A stretch of 61,490 bases of DNA from a bacterium. GTDB lineage: Bacteria; JAMCPX01. The DNA lies in NCBI GenBank assembly GCA_037439545.1, contig JBBIVV010000008.1, forward strand, positions 1-61,490. Reading direction: 5' to 3'. The position numbers were made by a program, and so were the translations under genes. The notes beneath the pieces were generated by a model, which was not told the origin of the DNA, ran no database searches, and worked only from the letters and a program-made list of their open reading frames with translations. Below, in pieces: positions 57,686 to 61,490 of this stretch; within the stretch, counting starts at the first letter, position 1, and each line of letters begins with the position of its first letter.

Positions 57686-58966
57686 TTACACAATTTTCAG
57701 GAAGAACCAGTATACTAAAATGTTGAAAATTGTGAGGGGCACGCCGGATTTTGCAAATTCAAGGAAGGTCAATGTTTGCCCCGATTTCTTCTCTGCATTC
57801 TGGATAATAATAATGTTGCTTGCAGCACCGAGGATAAACAGGTTGCCTGCAATGGTGCTTCCTGCGGCAAGGGCTGCCATTACTTCTGACGAGGCGCCTG
57901 CATGCAGCAGCACAGGCATATAAAGTGCGACCATTGGTACGTTCGATATGAATTGGCTCAAGATGACGCTGATACCGAGTACAGAAGCTATCGATGTTAT
58001 GCTCCCGCCATACATTCCTACTAAATGCTGAAAAAAACCGGTCAGCCATACGCTTTTCATCAGGACGAACATGGCGGCAAAGAACAAGAGTGTATGCCAG
58101 TCGATGTTTTTCATTATTACAAACCTTTTCCTGCTGAAAAACAATAAGGGCATAGCACCGAGCAGGGCTATATAGGTTAAATTAAAATGAAATGGCAGAT
58201 GTATAAACGCAGAAATTATTTTCAATCCTGCCAAAACAATAATTATCATTAATGACAACTTTGAAAGCATTGCAAGCTGCTTGTCTTTTATGTGTTCACT
58301 GGTGTGTACCAATGCGTTCCTGTGGAATTCATCCCTGAAAAATACCTTCAGTATCATATAAACCGCGAATATGTTTATTACGGTAGGAATAAAAAGATAT
58401 CTTAAAAAAGTTATAAAAGGGTTCGAAAGATTTCCGTTGACGGCTATGAGCAAGTTTTGCGGGTTCCCGATAGGGCTCATTGCACTGCCCGTTGTTATGG
58501 AAAAAGCAAGCGCAAGCAGTAAAACTTTCGGATTTATATCGTGTCTTTTGGCAAGAAGGAGCATTAAAGGGGTTCCGATAATGGCAATGCTGTCATTCAT
58601 TAAAAAGACCGATGCAATGCCCATAGAAAACAAGATGCTCAATACGAGTGCGTCGACGGACTTTGTCCCTTTAAACAGTTTATAAGAAATGTTGAAAAGA
58701 TATCCGCTTTTATCCAGTGCTTCGCCTATGACGAACATGCCAAAGAGAAACAGCAGGACGTCAATGTCTATGGCTTTTAATGCTATACCAGGCGTGATGC
58801 TTCCCGTAAGCAGGACAGCGCATGCGCCTAACAGCATGATCTGCCATAGCTCAAGTTTTATAGTGCCGATCTGCCTTATGGCAATCAATAAAAATACGAT
58901 AAATAAAACTATTACGGGAACTGATATATAAGACATCCAGGCCACTACTATGAATCCGCGATCCAC
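57686..58966 (-). CDS. ArsB/NhaD (SLC13-like) anion permease
   Basis: Multi-TM; MND, SPIGNPQN, ISNVP, STIAGN...GAASN. Confidence 0.85.
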   Translation of the reverse strand: MDRGFIVVAWMSYISVPVIVLFIVFLLIAIRQIGTIKLELWQIMLLGACAVLLTGSITPGIALKAIDIDVLLFLFGMFVIGEALDKSGYLFNISYKLFKGTKSVDALVLSILFSMGIASVFLMNDSIAIIGTPLMLLLAKRHDINPKVLLLALAFSITTGSAMSPIGNPQNLLIAVNGNLSNPFITFLRYLFIPTVINIFAVYMILKVFFRDEFHRNALVHTSEHIKDKQLAMLSKLSLMIIIVLAGLKIISAFIHLPFHFNLTYIALLGAMPLLFFSRKRFVIMKNIDWHTLLFFAAMFVLMKSVWLTGFFQHLVGMYGGSITSIASVLGISVILSQFISNVPMVALYMPVLLHAGASSEVMAALAAGSTIAGNLFILGAASNIIIIQNAEKKSGQTLTFLEFAKSGVPLTIFNILVYWFFLKIV

Positions 58967-59748
58967 TCGAACGATGTGTGCCTTTTTAATGATGAAGAAA
59001 GCCTGTAACTTTTATTAATTGCTTTGAATGTAATTGCTTTTGCAAGCTTTACAGCCTCGAGTTTATCGTGTCCCTTTATAAGGAAGGAGGCTATTGCAGA
59101 TGACAAGATGCATCCCGTCCCATGAACGTCCTTCCGTATGACCCTGCTTCTGAGAAAGGCATGCTGTTTTCTATCCATGTACAGATCGAGTCCTTTCTGA
59201 ACAAAGTGTCCACCTTTGATAACCACTCCCTGAGCTCCGCTGTCTATAAAGTATCTTGCAGCCCTGAGCATGTCTTTTTTATCGTGTATATCAATTCCTG
59301 TAATTTTAGATGCCTCTGCTATATTCGGCGTAATGACAGTGCACAAGGGGAATAGTGAAATCAGTGCATTCAACGCATTGCGTTTTAAAAGTGGTGCACC
59401 GCTTGATGACAGAAGTACGGGATCAAGCACTATATTTCTCAATCCGTATTCTTTTATTATTTCCCTCATCAACAGAGTTGTTTCTATGCTGTAGAGCATG
59501 CCTATTTTCAGGCCGTCAAAATGACTGTATTCAAGCATAATTTTAAGCTGTGAGCTTACGTCGGATGTCTTTACACCTATTATTCTTCGAACAGTATCCG
59601 TATTTTCTACGACCATGGCCGACGGGATTGCGGCAGCGTATATACCGAGTGATGAGAATACTTTTATGTCCATAAGCAGTCCTGCACCTGCGGAGGGATC
59701 AAAGCCTGCTACTACCAGGCCTTTTTTAATGGCGGGTTTCCAGGTCAC
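58948..59748 (-). CDS. thiD: Hydroxymethylpyrimidine/phosphomethylpyrimidine kinase
   Basis: AGFDPSAGAG, KIGML, VLDPV, ITPN..EA, IKGGH, HGTGC. Confidence 0.9.
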   Translation of the reverse strand: MTWKPAIKKGLVVAGFDPSAGAGLLMDIKVFSSLGIYAAAIPSAMVVENTDTVRRIIGVKTSDVSSQLKIMLEYSHFDGLKIGMLYSIETTLLMREIIKEYGLRNIVLDPVLLSSSGAPLLKRNALNALISLFPLCTVITPNIAEASKITGIDIHDKKDMLRAARYFIDSGAQGVVIKGGHFVQKGLDLYMDRKQHAFLRSRVIRKDVHGTGCILSSAIASFLIKGHDKLEAVKLAKAITFKAINKSYRLSSSLKRHTSFEWIADS

Positions 59749-60431
59749 TGGTTTTTTATCCCGAATTTTGTCATTTTTGTTTTAAGAGTGTTGCGGTTTA
59801 TACCAAGAACCAATGATGCCTTTAACTGATTGTTATTTGAAAGTTTTAACGCCGTTTCAATGAACGATCTCTCTACAATAGGCATAACGAGCTGGTACAG
59901 GTTTGTAATCTTTTTGTGGGTATGCTTGGAAAACAGTATGGATAATTTTTTATTTATCAGTTCATCAAGGCCGAGATTTTCTATCTCCCTGTCGGTAAGC
60001 TGCAGATCCGTACCCCTGTGTCCTATTTTATTAGGATCAGGGAATAAGCTTAATTCTCTGTAAAGGTTCAGCACATGGATTGCCCTTTTAACAGATGCCT
60101 CTACAGTGTTTTGCTTCAGCGGTTTCTGAAGCACCTCAAACATACCGTTATTGATGAGCTTTGTATAAATGATGCTCTGGTTTCTCGGTATGATGCCTAT
60201 CATGACGATACCCTGTTTAATTTTTGACATTCTATTTATTGTTTCGAGTATATCGGCGCCAAAGCCGCTTGTATCGATACAGATGAGCCGGTAAGTCTTT
60301 TTATGAACGAGCTCAAGAGCCGATTCATAGGTTCTTATTGCCCGCATGGTTAACCCTACTTTTTTTATTGTTTTTAAAAAGACAGAGGGTAATTCGTATT
60401 TTGAAAGCATAAGCACCTTTGTTCTATACAT
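59745..60431 (-). CDS. Fis-type HTH protein with degenerate N-terminal receiver domain
   Basis: REC-like fold (LICID, KP); C-terminal LY......ER..I..AL....NNQ.KA...LGINRNTL..K. Confidence 0.8.
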   Translation of the reverse strand: MYRTKVLMLSKYELPSVFLKTIKKVGLTMRAIRTYESALELVHKKTYRLICIDTSGFGADILETINRMSKIKQGIVMIGIIPRNQSIIYTKLINNGMFEVLQKPLKQNTVEASVKRAIHVLNLYRELSLFPDPNKIGHRGTDLQLTDREIENLGLDELINKKLSILFSKHTHKKITNLYQLVMPIVERSFIETALKLSNNNQLKASLVLGINRNTLKTKMTKFGIKNQ

Positions 60432-61428
60432 GATTAGCCTCCATTAAGAAATCAAAGTATTCATTTATTACTTTTATAAGAACCCCGTGTTTGTCAATGA
60501 TTACTGTTCTTGCCCTGAAATCAGAACTATACCTGGCATGGAACAGAGGAGAGATGATACCTCCTCTGGAGTAATGGACAAGATGCTTGCGAAAAAGCTT
60601 GACGCCTTTCATTTCACCGTAGAACTCCACCATCAGGTTCAGGTGCCGGAGCAAAATATCTCTGACATATAATATCGAAGGCAATTCAAACCTGTTGTTT
60701 TGAATATAATCCTTAGTCAGTTTAAATATCCACGGTGCACCGAGGACGCCTCTTCCTATCATGATACCGGCACAGCCGGATTCATCCATCATATTTTTCG
60801 CATCCAGAGGAGTTATTATATCTCCATTACCGATAACCGGTATGCGGGAATGACGTACCGCATCGATAAGACTTTGCATGTCAATGCCTTTTTTAAAACC
60901 CTCTGCTTTTGTTCTGAGATGTATTGCCATGGCATCGACACCGTGTTCATTGGCAAGAGCAACAATCTGAAGGATATTTTTTGAGCTGCTGTCCCAGCCC
61001 GTTCTCGTTTTTATCGTAAAAGGGACTTTTAATGCCTTTCTCATGGCGGTCAAGATTTCTTTTACGAGTTCCGGTTTTTTTAAAAGTGCCGAGCCGGCCC
61101 CATTATTTACCACATTGTGTGCGGGACAACCAAGGTTTAAATCTATTATATCAGCTCCTAAAGCTACCGCTATCTCGGAAGCCTTTACAAGGGTGCCGGG
61201 GTCCTTGCCGAGCAACTGCACGGACAGAGGCTTTTCTTCGGGAGAATGCTGGAGCAGAAGTAAGGTTTTCTTATTGGTATGAACGAGTGCGTCGGCACTT
61301 ATAAGTTCTGTGTAAACAAGCCCTGCCCCTGCTGCTTTGACTATTCTTCTGAACGGACTGTCCGTGTATCCGGCAATGGGCGCCATTACCAACGGACTAT
61401 CAAGTTGTATGTGGCCTATGGTTAGCAT
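60424..61428 (-). CDS. dusB: tRNA-dihydrouridine synthase B
   Basis: APIAG.TD.PFR, TELIS, DLNLGCP, GSALL, K.R.GW, H.RT, GNGDI, MIGRG. Confidence 0.92.
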   Translation of the reverse strand: MLTIGHIQLDSPLVMAPIAGYTDSPFRRIVKAAGAGLVYTELISADALVHTNKKTLLLLQHSPEEKPLSVQLLGKDPGTLVKASEIAVALGADIIDLNLGCPAHNVVNNGAGSALLKKPELVKEILTAMRKALKVPFTIKTRTGWDSSSKNILQIVALANEHGVDAMAIHLRTKAEGFKKGIDMQSLIDAVRHSRIPVIGNGDIITPLDAKNMMDESGCAGIMIGRGVLGAPWIFKLTKDYIQNNRFELPSILYVRDILLRHLNLMVEFYGEMKGVKLFRKHLVHYSRGGIISPLFHARYSSDFRARTVIIDKHGVLIKVINEYFDFLMEANHV

Positions 61429-61490
61429 GATTATTTATCAATCATAACTCATGAAAATAATCCAATCTATTCGGCGGAAGATTTTTAGTT

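Noticed and set aside
58948..59800. TPP riboswitch upstream of thiD
   Set aside because: thiD overlaps the upstream gene and has no leader.

Overview
A gene-dense chromosomal segment from a diderm (Gram-negative) bacterium. Gene order and content look Deltaproteobacteria/Myxococcota-like, but the taxonomy is an inference. Most of the window is housekeeping: bamD-phoU-pstBAC (no pstS, Pho-box-like repeat upstream), tlpA-tlpA-ccdA, typA-phoB-phoR, a DnaJ-class chaperone, tRNA-Pro(CGG) and tRNA-Ala(GGC), pheA-hisC-tyrA-aroA-cmk/ispH-rpsA-sppA-ihfB-HIT-lapA, rplU-rpmA-obgE-proB-proA-nadD-rsfS-rlmH-lapB-like, rdgB, glycosyltransferases, thiD and dusB. The best candidate for an undescribed system is a roughly 9.8-kb operon (4466-14220) encoding an IclR regulator, a stand-alone SCP2 lipid-binding protein, an acetoin-dehydrogenase-like E1a/E1b/E2/E3 complex, dedicated LipB and LipA, an unknown membrane protein and a C45 Ntn-hydrolase-TPR protein. 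This suggests TPP-dependent breakdown of a lipid-like substrate. Other oddities: a sulfite/nitrite reductase with siroheme-type Cys motifs in both halves plus HEPN-like and TusA domains; a Cmk-IspH fusion; a receiver-Fis protein without AAA+ domain behind dusB; an rsfS that needs a non-standard start (probably ATT); a tRNA-Pro with C55; a CxxCH-bearing diguanylate cyclase; a GT4 gene remnant; and several small palindromic intergenic repeat families, including a 103-bp element and a 28-bp hairpin nested in other repeats. I saw no CRISPR array, transposase, integrase, prophage or rRNA. All calls come from reading motifs by eye; no database search was run.
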